Source of the DNA: Paraspadella gotoi
Taxonomy: Eukaryota > Animalia > Chaetognatha
Assembly: GCA_051294375.1 (NCBI GenBank)
Contig: CM119269.1
Location: 13,300,790 to 13,364,789 of the forward strand
Direction of reading: 5' to 3'
DNA: 64,000 nucleotides
The notes under the pieces are model-generated. The model saw nothing but the letters and a program-made list of their open reading frames with translations. It made no database searches and had not been told where the DNA came from. Positions within the stretch are counted from its first letter, which is position 1. Every line of letters begins with the position of its first letter. Positions 1 through 11,156 of this stretch are shown here, piece by piece. The position numbers were made by a program, and so were the translations under genes.

Positions 1-130
1 CCCTCCCTGGCAAAGCGTGACAGTCCTAGGGTAGCCGCGCCAGTGACTGGATGCGTCACTGAGGGTAGGAAGACCCCAAAGCCAACAGTGAGATGCCCCA
101 ACTCAATGGGCATCACAGGCAACCTGGCTG
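1..130 (+). repeat. Hairpin-rich dispersed repeat (family A), possibly a retroelement 5' UTR; cut by the window edge
   Basis: Shares TGGCAAAG, CACTGAGGGT, GCCAAC and TGCCC blocks with 43400-43510, and GTCACTGAGGGT plus CAYCACAGGCRAC with 37416-37461. Stems: CAGTGAC(41-47)/GTCACTG(55-61), GGGT/ACCC, GATGCCC(92-98)/GGGCATC(108-114). Confidence 0.5.
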
Positions 131-139
131 TTGCTATAG

Positions 140-407
140 TTCATTCATTTGATAAACAAGCTATCTTGCCACTGACTTTAAGCTATAGTGGGTTACAAAG
201 GAATAATACAGTTTCAATCAAGAATCTTTTACAGTATGATTTAATAACTTTCATAGTGCTCCTTATCAGTCAAATTGTTATAAATATTTTTTTACTCTTT
301 CGATTGGATTAAAGGGCCACTCCTTTAAATGTAAGAACTGTGAATACTATATTATATTCCGCGCTGGAATCATACAAGAAGCCAATTGTTATGAAATTGT
401 TATCAAC
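140..407 (+). repeat. Degenerate copy of the 324-bp dispersed repeat (family B)
   Basis: Colinear similarity with ~16995-17305: CATTCATTT..AAGCTATCTTGCC.CTGACTTT, TTTCAATCAAGA, CCACTCCTT, GAATACT, TACAAG, TTATGAAATTG. Confidence 0.6.
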
Positions 408-1492
408 GGACAAGAAAAGACAGACAGACAGACCGAAAAGTATCTAACTGAGTCGCTTATGGCGACTGAAAAACTATCATCACCTCTGAGGTCCATAAGC
501 TTGACGATCGCATTGAGATACTCGGCCAAGGTCGTTTCCAAATATCCACGGAAAGACACCGTGTCGTTGAGGTTTTGATCGAAGGTCAAATTGACGACTC
601 TGTACATCTTGGCCACGGACGGTTTGGGCAACATCTCGGCCGTTGGACGGACGGTTGTATCATCATCATCATCGTCTGTTGGTGTAGCCGTGCCATTGTC
701 GCATGGACAGTAGATGTCACAGTGGATTCATCGGAGATCGTCAGTTGGTGTAGCAGTGTCATTATCCATGGATGGACTAGATGTTGCAGTTTCATTATCC
801 GGACTATCAGTTGTTGTGACAGATCATTAGCCATAGATGAAATAGGTGTCGTTGTATCATTAGATGGACTATCAGTAGTAGTGTCGGTGCTCATTACGGT
901 TCCATTAGACGACATTGGTGAATCCGTGGCGTTAACTATCGTACTGTTCGTCGTCATTGGCATCGTGGTGTGTTCCATAGACATCGTACTGTTGTCCATC
1001 GGCATTGTGGTGTAGTCCGTCGGCAACATTGTGCTATTCTCAGACATCGTGCTGTTGTCCATAGGCATTGTGGTGTAGTCCGTCGGCAACATTGTGCTAT
1101 TCTCAGACATCGTGCTGTTGTCCATAGGCATGTGGTGTGTCCGTCGGCAACATTGTGCTATTCAGACATCGTGCTGTTGTCCATAGGCATCGTGGTGTTG
1201 TCCTTCGGCATTGTGCTATTCATAGACATCGTGCTGTTGTCTATAGGCATTGTGGTGTAGTCCGTCGGCAACATTGTGCTATTCTCAGACATCGTGCTGT
1301 GTCCATAGGCATTGTGGTGTAGTCCGTCGGCAACATTGTGCTATTCATAGACATCGTGCTGTTGTCCATCGTGTTGTTGTTCATCGTGGTGTTGTCCGCC
1401 ATGGTCGAATTGACAGTGTTTCCTTTCGTTGTTGGCGCCAACAGCAAGAGCGCCAAGGGCAGAAGAAGCAAGACCAATTGGTTTCGTTCCAT
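389..1492 (-). CDS. Secreted mucin-like glycoprotein (signal peptide + Met/Thr/Ser/Asn/Asp-rich repeats + start of a non-repetitive, possibly SEA-like domain); frameshifted in this assembly and probably spliced at 434
   Basis: ATG at 1492 gives MERNQLVLLLLPLALLLLAPTTKG (signal peptide), then 21-aa repeats MPMDNSTMSENSTMLPTDYTT and a T/S/D-rich stalk, then MLPKPSVAKMYRVVNLTFDQNLNDTVSFRGYLETTLAEYLNAIV. ORFs 1241-1492, 586-1131 and 389-634 join through small indels. Possible donor TCG|GTCTGT at 434/433, followed by repeat DNA. SEA assignment is inference. Confidence 0.75.
975..1370 (-). repeat. Coding tandem repeat, 63-bp unit, ~6 copies
   Basis: Unit ATGCCTATGGACAACAGCACGATGTCTGAGAATAGCACAATGTTGCCGACGGACTACACCACA repeated; copies near 1131-1165 and 1300 carry small deletions. 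Confidence 0.9.
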
Positions 1493-2387
1493 CCTTGCGA
1501 TCGTCGATCCTCCGATTGGAATCTCGACGCGATCGCGCGGGGATTATTATAAACGTTAAGGCGAATAAATCGGTTTTTATTTTAATATACAAAATTTTTT
1601 TTTCTGTATTGTCGAGAAGGAATTAAAAAAATATAAAATTATTCACTCGATTTTGAAGCAAAAGAAACAGGTTTTCATTCCTCGGGTCGTAATATCTAGA
1701 CAGAAACAGATAGAGAGAGATTGAAAAGAGGAACGCGATCCTTTTTAATTCCAATACACATTTTCGTGTTTCTTTTTTTTCTTTTTTTCTTTTTTACTGC
1801 CGGTTAAATCCCGAAAACCGGGCTCTCCCAGTTTTATACTTTTCAAGCGATTCGATGTCGATTTAATTCATCAAATTTTTTTTACTCACACTTATTAGGG
1901 GGAAAATAAGCTTTTTTTTTATTAAACCTTGATATAAATAAAACTTTTAGTAAATACCAAAAAAGAAACTTTGATCAGAAATTATAATGCTAAGAATTTT
2001 ATACTTTCTTATTAAAAATAACTATTAAGTATTAACTATCAAACTTTAAGGAATAAATACTGTTACGAACTGTTTACACTTAGGGCGCGGCCACTGGTCC
2101 TCGTCTCCGCTCGCTCGATCGCGAATTCCGGTTTTTCTTGTCCTCAATTTTTTCACGACGACGAATGATCAAGTTTTGGGTGACGTTAGGGAGGGAGGAA
2201 GAGGAGGAAGAGGAGGAAGATGAGGAAGAGGAGGAGGAGGAGGTAGAAGAGGAGAAGATTTTCTGTAAATGATGATAATCCTGCTGACCATTGACCGATG
2301 ACCGTGAAAGAAATAGAAAGGAGAAGACAAAAAACATGTAACCTTGTAATGAAGGAGACAGATAAAAAGTTATGGACGAAGAAATTA

Positions 2388-2618
2388 GGGCTCTCCATTT
2401 CAAAAGCGCCCCATTTCTGTTTAATAATCGCTTGAATTGATTTTAATTCTAATATTTAGCTATAATCTATTACTTCGCTTATCAAACAATCCCTAACCTA
2501 ATCCTGAACTCCCAATCTCTCCCCCTAACCATTAAACCCATGTCACATAATCATTAAACCTAAAAACTAACTTAATTCCAAATTTCACTTAAAATGCGGT
2601 TTTTGACAAAATAAGGCC
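2388..2618. mobile_element. MITE-like element (family D)
   Basis: Starts GGGCTCT..TTT.AAAGCGCC.CATTTCTGTT, has internal CCTAACCTAATCC-type repeats and ends ...AAATAAGGCC; colinear with 24331-24668. Confidence 0.55.
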
Positions 2619-2836
2619 GAGACTAGGAAAAGAAGGAGACGAAGAAGGAGGCGAAGAAGGAGACGAAGAAAAAGAGAGAAAAAGAAAAGTTCGGGAATAA
2701 AACGCGTCAGCGATTCGAGCTTCGGCGACCGAGACGATTAGACGAATGATAATAGAGTCATTGCTAGTTGGTGCATGAGGCGATAGAAAGAGAGAGAGAG
2801 AGAGAAAAGAGGAGGAGAGGAGAGAGGAGAGAAGAG

Positions 2837-2874
<38 letters not shown>

Positions 2875-3399
2875 CTGTCGACTTCTCAGAAGTTACGTAT
2901 CACGAGCAGTTGGAATCTTGGAAACACATAAGTGTCATGTTTACCCGCAAACAAAATATAATGTTTGTAAAATAGAAATGAAATGAAAAGTACAATTGAA
3001 TGATACTAGTTCGATGTGAACTCATTTTTCTTCAGACTTACGAATGACTATCATTTGAGAAAGGAGCGTCTAATGGCAACAGCCGCCGCCGCTGCCGCCC
3101 GCGCCGCAGGAAAACGCAGCTTGACATTCTCGACTGCAGTTTTCTCCATAAATTTTAATCTTTTGAAGGGAACAAGTTTTAAAAATCCACGAGGTTTTCC
3201 CGAATTTAACTTGTTCGATGAGTTTTGAATTTTTTATCCAAATATTTGAAAGATGAGTCAAGACTCTTCTTTAATTAAAATAGGGATGGGATCCTTTAAT
3301 CATTTGCATCTGACTTGAAGGGTTTAAGTATCTTTCAGAACTTTTCATGATTATGATTCATTATCTAATGATCGTGATTATGACACGAGAACGGGCAGT

Positions 3400-3846
3400 G
3401 ATTGTGTTTATTCCCCTCATTTGATCACGCAGTGATCTACTAGTGCACAATGCACAGTGGTTTGAAACATTTGTGATTCACCTTTTGTTTAAATCCTCAT
3501 TCGAAGAAACAATGACTTAACTTGATTGACTACCCAATTGATTGGACTCATTCAACCACAAATTATTTTAAATTGTTCCTCCGAACATAAATTTTACTTT
3601 TTCACCGTTCTGCGATTCAATAGACGGCACAGTGATTCGACTCATTCAATCACACAATGATTTAACTCGTTCGACCAGACTGAAGTTTGACGTGTTCCAC
3701 TCTTTTCTGCACACAGTGATTCGACTTTTTTGACCGCACAGAAATTCTACTTGTTATGCCGCACAGTGATTCGACTCATTTCTCCACGCGGTGATTTAAC
3801 TTATTTGACCGCACAGTGATTCTACTCGGTCGACGGCACAGTGATC
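3400..3846 (+). repeat. Degenerate intronic minisatellite (~30-bp unit, CACAGTGATTCGACTC core)
   Basis: Repeated CAC(A)GTGATT(C/T)(G/A)ACT motifs about every 30 bp up to the myosin acceptor site. Confidence 0.75.
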
Positions 3847-3872
3847 TTCCTCAATTTGATTTCCTCCTCCAG

Positions 3873-5207
3873 ATTCGAGTGACTGAGTTGGAGATGAAAT
3901 TAGAGGACGAGAAGCGAAGGACGGCGGAGGCGCAATCGCAGGCGAGAAGGAACGAAGTCAACACCAACGACATGAAGGTGAGAACCATTCCGAGAAGATT
4001 GATAATAATCAAATGATCAATCGTAATCAAAGATAATCATTTTCAAATATTGTTATTATAATCATCATCGTCTTCATGCTCGAGGTCGTAGTTGTCGTCC
4101 TAGTCAAAGTCGACGCCGACATTGAAATTTTATATTTCAGGTTTGAGCGACGATTGTACCGATTAGCATTTTATTTTTCTCGCAATTTCTCTTTTCTCCG
4201 TTAGGCTTTAAATTTTTTTCTATCTGCTTGAATTGCGAAATTAATAACAAAAGGCGAGGATGGAATACTAAATCTATAATCTATATGAAATTGGTACAAC
4301 CAATTTAAAAATTATCCATTCATTTAATAAATAAGCTGTCTTGCCCCTGACTTTGGACAGGCTTTGGTGGTTTAAGGTCTCCATCACTCTTACAAGATAA
4401 TAACTAAGCAGGTCCTTGAAAGTTTTCAATCAAGACTCTCTCACAGTCTCGTTTATTCACTCCCAGAGTACCTGGCTTCCCTATCAATGAAGTGGTTCAA
4501 TATTTCAAAGAATGTTTCAATTGTATGAAAAGACATATTACAAAGATATATTACAACAGTCATTGCTCTCTCCTGTACTTTAACAAATCCCTCGTTGTTT
4601 GTTATTGTTGTTTGTGATTGTTTATTAAATCTTCATTTTAATCGATATTCATTCAATTTTTAGGTTCAATACGAGGAAGACAGAAGAACAATCGAAAGAC
4701 TGAACGAACAGTTGGATGCACAAAACGAACTGTTGAGGTCAGAGTCGTTTTAAATCATTATCATTATTGACTAATTTAATTAGTTTTTTGTATGATTATC
4801 TTTATCATTATCATGATTTACTTTTGAAATTAGTTGTCGTATATCATCATCTTTACGATTATCATTATGAACGTCGTATTTTTTTTTATTCAAATGTAAA
4901 GTTAGGTAAAAGATTTATTACATTATAGAATATATACAATATAGACTATTTAACCATTATCAAAATAATCAGGAAATACAAGTTCGCTGTTGAAGAAAAG
5001 GAGTCGGCCGTCTCGGAGGCCATGGGCCGCTACAGGAAGATGCAGAGAGAGTTGGAAGATGCGGAGGAGAGGGCGGAGCGGGCCGAGGGCACCGCCACCA
5101 CCCTCAGGGCGAGGAGCATCAGGTTGGTGAAGACTGGAGCGGGCAGAAACACCCCGTCGGGCACAGGGAGGGCAATGAGCGGGCTGAAGACGTCCAAGAA
5201 GGCGTGA
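3873..5207 (+). CDS. Myosin II heavy chain tail / paramyosin-like protein, last three coding exons: join(3873..3977,4664..4737,4973..5207)
   Basis: Canonical AG/GT sites with consistent phases (0, 0, 2). Spliced: IRVTELEMKLEDEKRRTAEAQSQARRNEVNTNDMK-VQYEEDRRTIERLNEQLDAQNELLR-KYKFAVEEKESAVSEAMGRYRKMQRELEDAEERAERAEGTATTLRARS..., matching the end of the myosin/paramyosin rod (cf. K.Q.ELDEAEERADIAES...LRAKSR). Upstream exons not in window. Confidence 0.9.
4284..4534 (+). repeat. Family B dispersed repeat, young partial copy in a myosin intron
   Basis: Near-identical over ~250 bp to 16964-17214. Confidence 0.9.
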
Positions 5208-5935
5208 TGTAGGTAGTGAGAGAGTGTTGGGCGGAGAAGAGAGAAATTTAGGAAAAAATGTAATTGTTAATGTGACATATTTTTTTAAGATAGAACTTTA
5301 GGTTTAACTATCTAGTTGAAATAGTTGAAAAAAAAAAGATTTCGGAGTTTTGATTTGACAAAACGAGCCGAAGTCTCTTTCTGAAGGTTGCGAATGCACT
5401 ACTGAAGCTTGCTGGCGTTTGCTTGCCGGCTGATGCGGGGCTGCTTGTCAATGCTTGCCTGTTGAGATGCTGCCTGCTTTTTTTTTTCTCGAAACAAAAC
5501 CTCTTTTTCTCAAACGTCATAAAATAACGATATAACCAAAGACTCGGGAAGACGGAAAATAAAATAAAAAAAGATAAATTTATTTATTCATTCAGTTTAT
5601 CATTTTTTCAGTCAGATTATTTTTGATATATATTTATAATTTTTCAACTTTCCGTCTTTCATCGAGAAATTTAAATCCTCAATTTAAGTTTCTTTAATTT
5701 TAATATCAGTTTTTTTTTTTTAACTTTAACTTCAAGTTTTTAGCTAAACTTTGAGTCTCTCACACAATTTTTTTTTTTAATTTTTGCTTCTTTAACTCCT
5801 GTTTTCATTAATTCCTCCTCTCAAATTTCCCTTTAAACAAAAACAACAAAAACAACAAAAACAAACACAACTATCCAAACAAAAATATATAAAAACAAAA
5901 CAACACAAAAAATCAAACCTCTTTTCTTCTCTCTT

Positions 5936-5995
<60 letters not shown>

Positions 5996-8754
5996 GCTTG
6001 TTCTCGCTTGCCCTCGCGCAGAGAAGAGGGCGACATGCATAAACAAAGGCGACTGAGGTAGTTTTTTCCTTTTTTTTTCAATTCCCGAAAACCGCCGAAC
6101 ATATAGTAACGTGTTACTCCGTACCCAAGTCACAATTGTCTTTCTACCCTGTTGTTGATACCCCGAGCGTTTAACGTCAATACACGTTTTTTTTTCTATC
6201 CCATATTCTACCCCGGTGGTTAAAAGAAAATTACATAGTTTGTTTATATTTTTTTTTAACCATTTCGTTCGGTTTCATTTATTTATCATTCCATTCTTAA
6301 TATTGTGTAATTTTATGTGGTCGTGCTCAGTTCATTTAATATTCTAAAGACGGCTGAAAGATAAATTATGTAATCTCTTTGTTTAATTAATTAAGTCAGT
6401 TAATCAGTTTCGAAGCATCTATTTTTAAAATTTTCCTTCTTTACTTTAATCTCGACACCGGTTATAGAAAATCTTTAAAAAATCAATTTTTAATCTGGTG
6501 TCTTAAATAAACAATTTAAAAATATTTTCTCACGAAATATTAAAATTTAAAAATAATAAAACTGCCTCGCTCTGTAGCTTGTAGTAATATTATTTTATAT
6601 CAGGCTTTCTATTTGTATTCATTTTTTTTCCGTTCCTCGTTCTATTCTCCCCTTTTGTTGTTTGGCCAAAAAAAATATCCGCCACCCCCTATCGTCGTTG
6701 TGGTGAACCTGCTTTAATCGCTCGTTATCTCTAGACAAAAGACAACGAAAATGTTATAAATAAGAAAATTTAAATATATTAAATTTGAACAACTACGAGT
6801 GATTGTCGTCCAATGAACATTATTTATTTATTTTACTTCTTTACCTAAGACAGTTTTTCTTAAAAATCTCTATTTGATCACGTATATGAATTGTTCCAAT
6901 ATAACCTCTGTAGAAATAAACTCCCCCTTTTTTTTTTGAGACGTTGCAATTGGACCGAATAGAATTGGTCACCGTACGAAGGGACGACCCATACATTGCA
7001 ATAAAATTCTGGACCAAACTTATTAAACCGCGTCGTTCTTTCGTAGCGTAGAACGGTTTTAACCAAACAATTTGAGAAAGATTGGACCATAGACTTAGAT
7101 TAATTAACAGTAATACCACCCCGTTTCATTCCTCTATTAATTCAGTCTTCGCCAAAGCCGTTCTACGCTTTAAATATATATTTGTCAATTCACAGAAAAT
7201 GTAACAGAGAAAATGTTTACGAATCATGGCGCGTTTCATTTAGGAGCATGTCAAGAACTCCTTGCCTTTGTGACGACGACTTGGCCGAGAAGAAAGCCTC
7301 TCTGCTCTTCGCTACTTCGTCCCAGTTCGACTCTAGTAAGTCTTTTCCTGCCTCAAAAGTATTAAGTATTAAGCTGTATTACGGGTGCTGTAAGTAAATT
7401 TGCAATCTGTTGCCATTTAATAATCTTTTTCTTGAAAAGGACAGAAAAAGAAAATATATATTTTTTTAATTTCAACCGATATAGCGGATTGAGAAAGGTT
7501 TAGGCGTCTTTACAACCAAAACAAAAACTGATTGTAGAATATATATTTAAAAAAATATTTTATTAAAGGTAAATTGTTAGTAAACTTCACTAGAATTAAG
7601 TGGATGGAAGATTAAAAACTACTATTTGTTGTAAACACAGTCGATACTGAGTTTGATAATAAACTTAACATCATATTCACAAAAATATTCATTTATTCTT
7701 AAACGTGAAAAAAGAGAAAAAAAAACGGATTTAATTGAGGAAACTGAATTGCATTTAAATACATGTAATACTTGTAAATAAAAGAAATAATAATTGATTT
7801 ATATCTGTGAAATATCTGTATTTGTATCTGTAAAACACAGAAGCCACGAATGAGAAGGAAAAGGAAAAGGAAAAGGAAAAGGAAAAGGAAGACGACGAAG
7901 GAGAATTTCGATCCAGATTCCTAAGGAGTCACAGCAGACAGAGTCAGAGTAGGTTTTTTCCCTACATCGCATGAGTTCGCACGTCTAAAGTGCACTCATT
8001 TTTTGCATGATAGTTTCACCAAGCATGGATTATCTTGTCACGCTCTCAATAGCTCGCCATAAAGCTTTATACTTCATTTTTAGTTTTTAAAAATAATAAA
8101 ATAATAACCTTATTTTACACTGATGATCCAATGATAAGAAAGGGAAGAAAGAGTAAAACTCGGATTCTGAACGTTGCTTTCGCCATTGGCCAATGAAGAA
8201 TTAAAACAGTTTGATATATTTTTTTTTAATTTAGAGATCGAGGCTGACTGTTCCCTCTTTTGAATTTCTATATTTTTACATTTTCTTCATGAAGTTGGAC
8301 TGAACGTAAATTTTTATTCTTTCTTTTTTATTATATATTGTCTTATTGTTAGACTAGTTATTTTACTAAAAAAATTTATTCATGTGTTAAGCTCTTTTCA
8401 TTTATTTTATATCTCAGTTAAAAACGCAACGAAATAGTAAAAGATTTAAAGTCTTTCGTCTAAATAAAAAATTAATGTATATTTTCGAAAGAGGTCAGCA
8501 GTAGAAAAAATTTCATTCTAACGACGCAATAACCGTTATCGTGTCTTAAACAAAAGATTGCACACAAAAAAAACTCGTTTTCTTCTCTTCAACAGTTTTG
8601 GATGCGATCCTCAGGCGAGAAATGTAAAAAAATAGAAAGTTAACGTTTTTACATTAAATATACAAAAAATATTCGAAATTCAGTTTAACAGTTATGTTTT
8701 AAAAAAATCCATTCAAACATGTTGAAGATTAAATTCATGATCATTCAAGGGGAT

Positions 8755-8900
8755 GAATCATCTTCTCTCAGATTCAGATTCTTATCTGTCGATCCAAAAA
8801 TAAAGTGAATGTTCGTCCCGGATCTTAACCCATTCAACGCCCATCGAACACAACAAAACTTTCATAAACGTTAGTTTATTTTGTTAAAAATAGAATAGAA
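8755..8900 (+). promoter_or_regulatory. Duplicated proximal promoter/5' UTR of MS4A-like copy 1
   Basis: Alignable with 11025-11156; retains CTTATCT (GATA, 8781-8787) and CCATTC (8830-8835); TATA position reads AAATAAAG. Confidence 0.5.
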
Positions 8901-10244
8901 ATGTGCGGTGCCATCGAGACTCTCGACGAGAAAGGCGCCAAAGGCGTCTGGATCAATGGAATCCTCCAGATCGTCGCTGGCGGCGTCTCCATCATCTTTC
9001 AAGCGGCTGCCCTTTATCTGGCGGACCATGCGCTCCCAAATTACACCGACTACATCCATGCCGGTTCTGGCATCTGGGGTGGAATCTTTTTTGTCATTAC
9101 TGGCATCGTGACACTCTTGGCTGGCGTCAGGCGCAATGTCTTTGGCCTAATCGTTGCCTCGATGACATTGCAACTAATCAATTTTATTATCGCACTGACT
9201 TATTTCTTCTATGTGGTTCTGGCCCTAAATGTTGCCCGGGATGGTTGGCATTGCTACGATTGGTGGTGGATTAATCCGACGTCAGAATGTACCGATTGGC
9301 AATATCCTGTCCTCGTTATCATCCATATGGTTCTTTTGGCAATGGCCTTTGCAGAATCGATCTCCATCATCTGGACTCTGATCCTTCTCTGTGATGCAGT
9401 TCACAAACGTCGTTTGCTTGCAAGATCAAAACCTGACGACATTGACGCAAAACCACCAACCATTGCTCACGTTAACTTCCACGCCACGTCGGGAAGTGTC
9501 AAGGCTAATGCCATCGCTCAGCTAACGACAACGATTATCTCCATCACCGTTGGTATTGTCATTCTATTTGTTGTTGCTTATGGCGTTGGAAGCGGCGACG
9601 GTGACTTTCGGCCAAAGAAGCTGCAGAACTCTGGTGGAACGCTGTGGTGTGGAGCTTTCTTCGTCCTCACTTCTGCTCTTGGCTTGAAGACGGCCCGGTT
9701 TGGACAAAATGTCTACCTGATCCTTTTCCTTTGCCTGAATGTCCTTGGGCTAATTTTGGCGCCATTGGAAATTTTGGGAGCATCATTGGCCATCAACGAC
9801 CGCCATGAGGGAATGGTAGTTGAAGATCGTAAATGCGATTCTAGCAAAAGCTGCAATACCTTTCGCTCCTACCGATTTGTCATTCCCCTCATTGTCTTAA
9901 ATGCCATCATTATCCTGGCTGCGCTGGTGCAATTTGCTTTCAGCATTTGGGGCATTGTTTCAGCATCAATTGCCCTGTATCGTGATGGGGTCTGTGCTCG
10001 CTGCTGCAGTGAAACCAACTGCTTTTGCGATGACCGCTGTGGACCCTCATACAGCGTTGGAAGCATCAGTGATGGCAGCCCAAAGACCGTCCCCGGCACA
10101 GTCCAGTATGCGGTGGAGCAGGGATCAGTACCAGGCACCCTTATCTTAGTGCCACAAAATGCCGCTGGTTCTTTGGATCCTAGTACCATTCAAATTGCTA
10201 CAACAAATACTTTTCCGCCGCCTGCCATACAAATTCCTGCTTGA
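8901..10244 (+). CDS. Intronless 8-TM protein with two tandem CD20/MS4A-like domains (copy 1, 447 aa)
   Basis: Uninterrupted ORF with eight hydrophobic segments in two 4-TM blocks, each with a TM1 Gln (GILQIVAG / AIAQLTT), the TM2 signature (GSGIWGGIFFVITG / SGGTLWCGAFFVLTS) and a Cys pair in the TM3-TM4 loop; Cys-rich tail. AATAAA at 10284-10289. Confidence 0.88.
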   Translation: MCGAIETLDEKGAKGVWINGILQIVAGGVSIIFQAAALYLADHALPNYTDYIHAGSGIWGGIFFVITGIVTLLAGVRRNVFGLIVASMTLQLINFIIALTYFFYVVLALNVARDGWHCYDWWWINPTSECTDWQYPVLVIIHMVLLAMAFAESISIIWTLILLCDAVHKRRLLARSKPDDIDAKPPTIAHVNFHATSGSVKANAIAQLTTTIISITVGIVILFVVAYGVGSGDGDFRPKKLQNSGGTLWCGAFFVLTSALGLKTARFGQNVYLILFLCLNVLGLILAPLEILGASLAINDRHEGMVVEDRKCDSSKSCNTFRSYRFVIPLIVLNAIIILAALVQFAFSIWGIVSASIALYRDGVCARCCSETNCFCDDRCGPSYSVGSISDGSPKTVPGTVQYAVEQGSVPGTLILVPQNAAGSLDPSTIQIATTNTFPPPAIQIPA

Positions 10245-10320
10245 TTTAATGCTGATTAATTTAGTGCCTTACAAAAGTTGAATAATAAACTATTTAGCAC
10301 TTAAATGTAATGGTTTAAGG

Positions 10321-10401
10321 AGTAGTGTTATACCGACACTACCAAAATCACTATTCACTATCAATTTATTACTTTGATCACACAGTCGGTATAAGACTAC
10401 T
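10321..10401. mobile_element. Miniature inverted-repeat element (~80 bp)
   Basis: AGTAGTGTTATACCGAC (10321-10337) and GTCGGTATAAGACTACT (10385-10401) are inverted repeats with 1 mismatch; TTAAGG on the left, TTAA at 10401-10404 on the right. Confidence 0.55.
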
Positions 10402-10571
10402 TAAGATTCTTTAAGATTTTTTGTTCGGCCTTGATTTGATTGAGGTAAAACGGTGTCTTGCGTTGGTCCAATCAGTATTTCCTATTTAGTACCAAAATTT
10501 ATGGCATACATTATTGATGAGACAAGATGAGAGGCTTTAAAAACTATATGGATTATGAAATTTTAGACAAT

Positions 10572-10738
10572 AATTGTGAATTAGGAATGACAATGATTAG
10601 CTGTCCATTTTACAATTTTTCACAATCGTTGATTATCATTACTTTATATCATTACGTCTTTGTGAATTAGTAATGACAATGAATTAGCTGTCAATTTCAC
10701 AATTTTTCACAATCGTTGATTATCATTACTTTATATCA
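10572..10738 (+). repeat. Local tandem duplication, ~88-bp unit x2
   Basis: TGTGAATTAG.AATGACAATGA...CACAATCGTTGATTATCATTACTTTATATCA occurs twice head-to-tail. Confidence 0.85.
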
Positions 10739-11024
10739 AATATTTTTTTAAAAATGCTGATCAACTTTCTGTGACAATTATTCGAGTCGTCGCTTTATGA
10801 ATCAAGATGTATTAATGTTAAAATTTTTTTGTACTTTTTTCTTCTAATCTGATTAGAAAGTTTGATATAATTTTATAGTCATACGAAAAGGACAAAAGTT
10901 GTCCTTTGGGTGATATTTCCTATCCAAAGAAAAACCTTTAACCTTATTCTTATCTTTTTTTTTCTCGATTTTTTAAAAACTTACAACAATGTTCATATTT
11001 ATTGCGATTTACAGAATTAAGCTT

Positions 11025-11156
11025 TAATCACCTCCTCTCAGGTTCTTATCTCTTGGGCAAAATATAAAAGAGAATTCTGCCCCGTATCTCAAGTCATTCA
11101 CTGCCCATTGATCACAATAAAACATTCATTGATAGATTCTGTTAAACAAAGAGAGA
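11025..11156 (+). promoter_or_regulatory. GATA + TATA + Inr-like core promoter of MS4A-like copy 2
   Basis: CTTATCT 11045-11051, TATAAAAG 11063-11070, TCATTC 11094-11099 (A at 11096, 33 nt after the TATA start), ATG at 11157; arrangement conserved in the paralogue. Confidence 0.6.
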
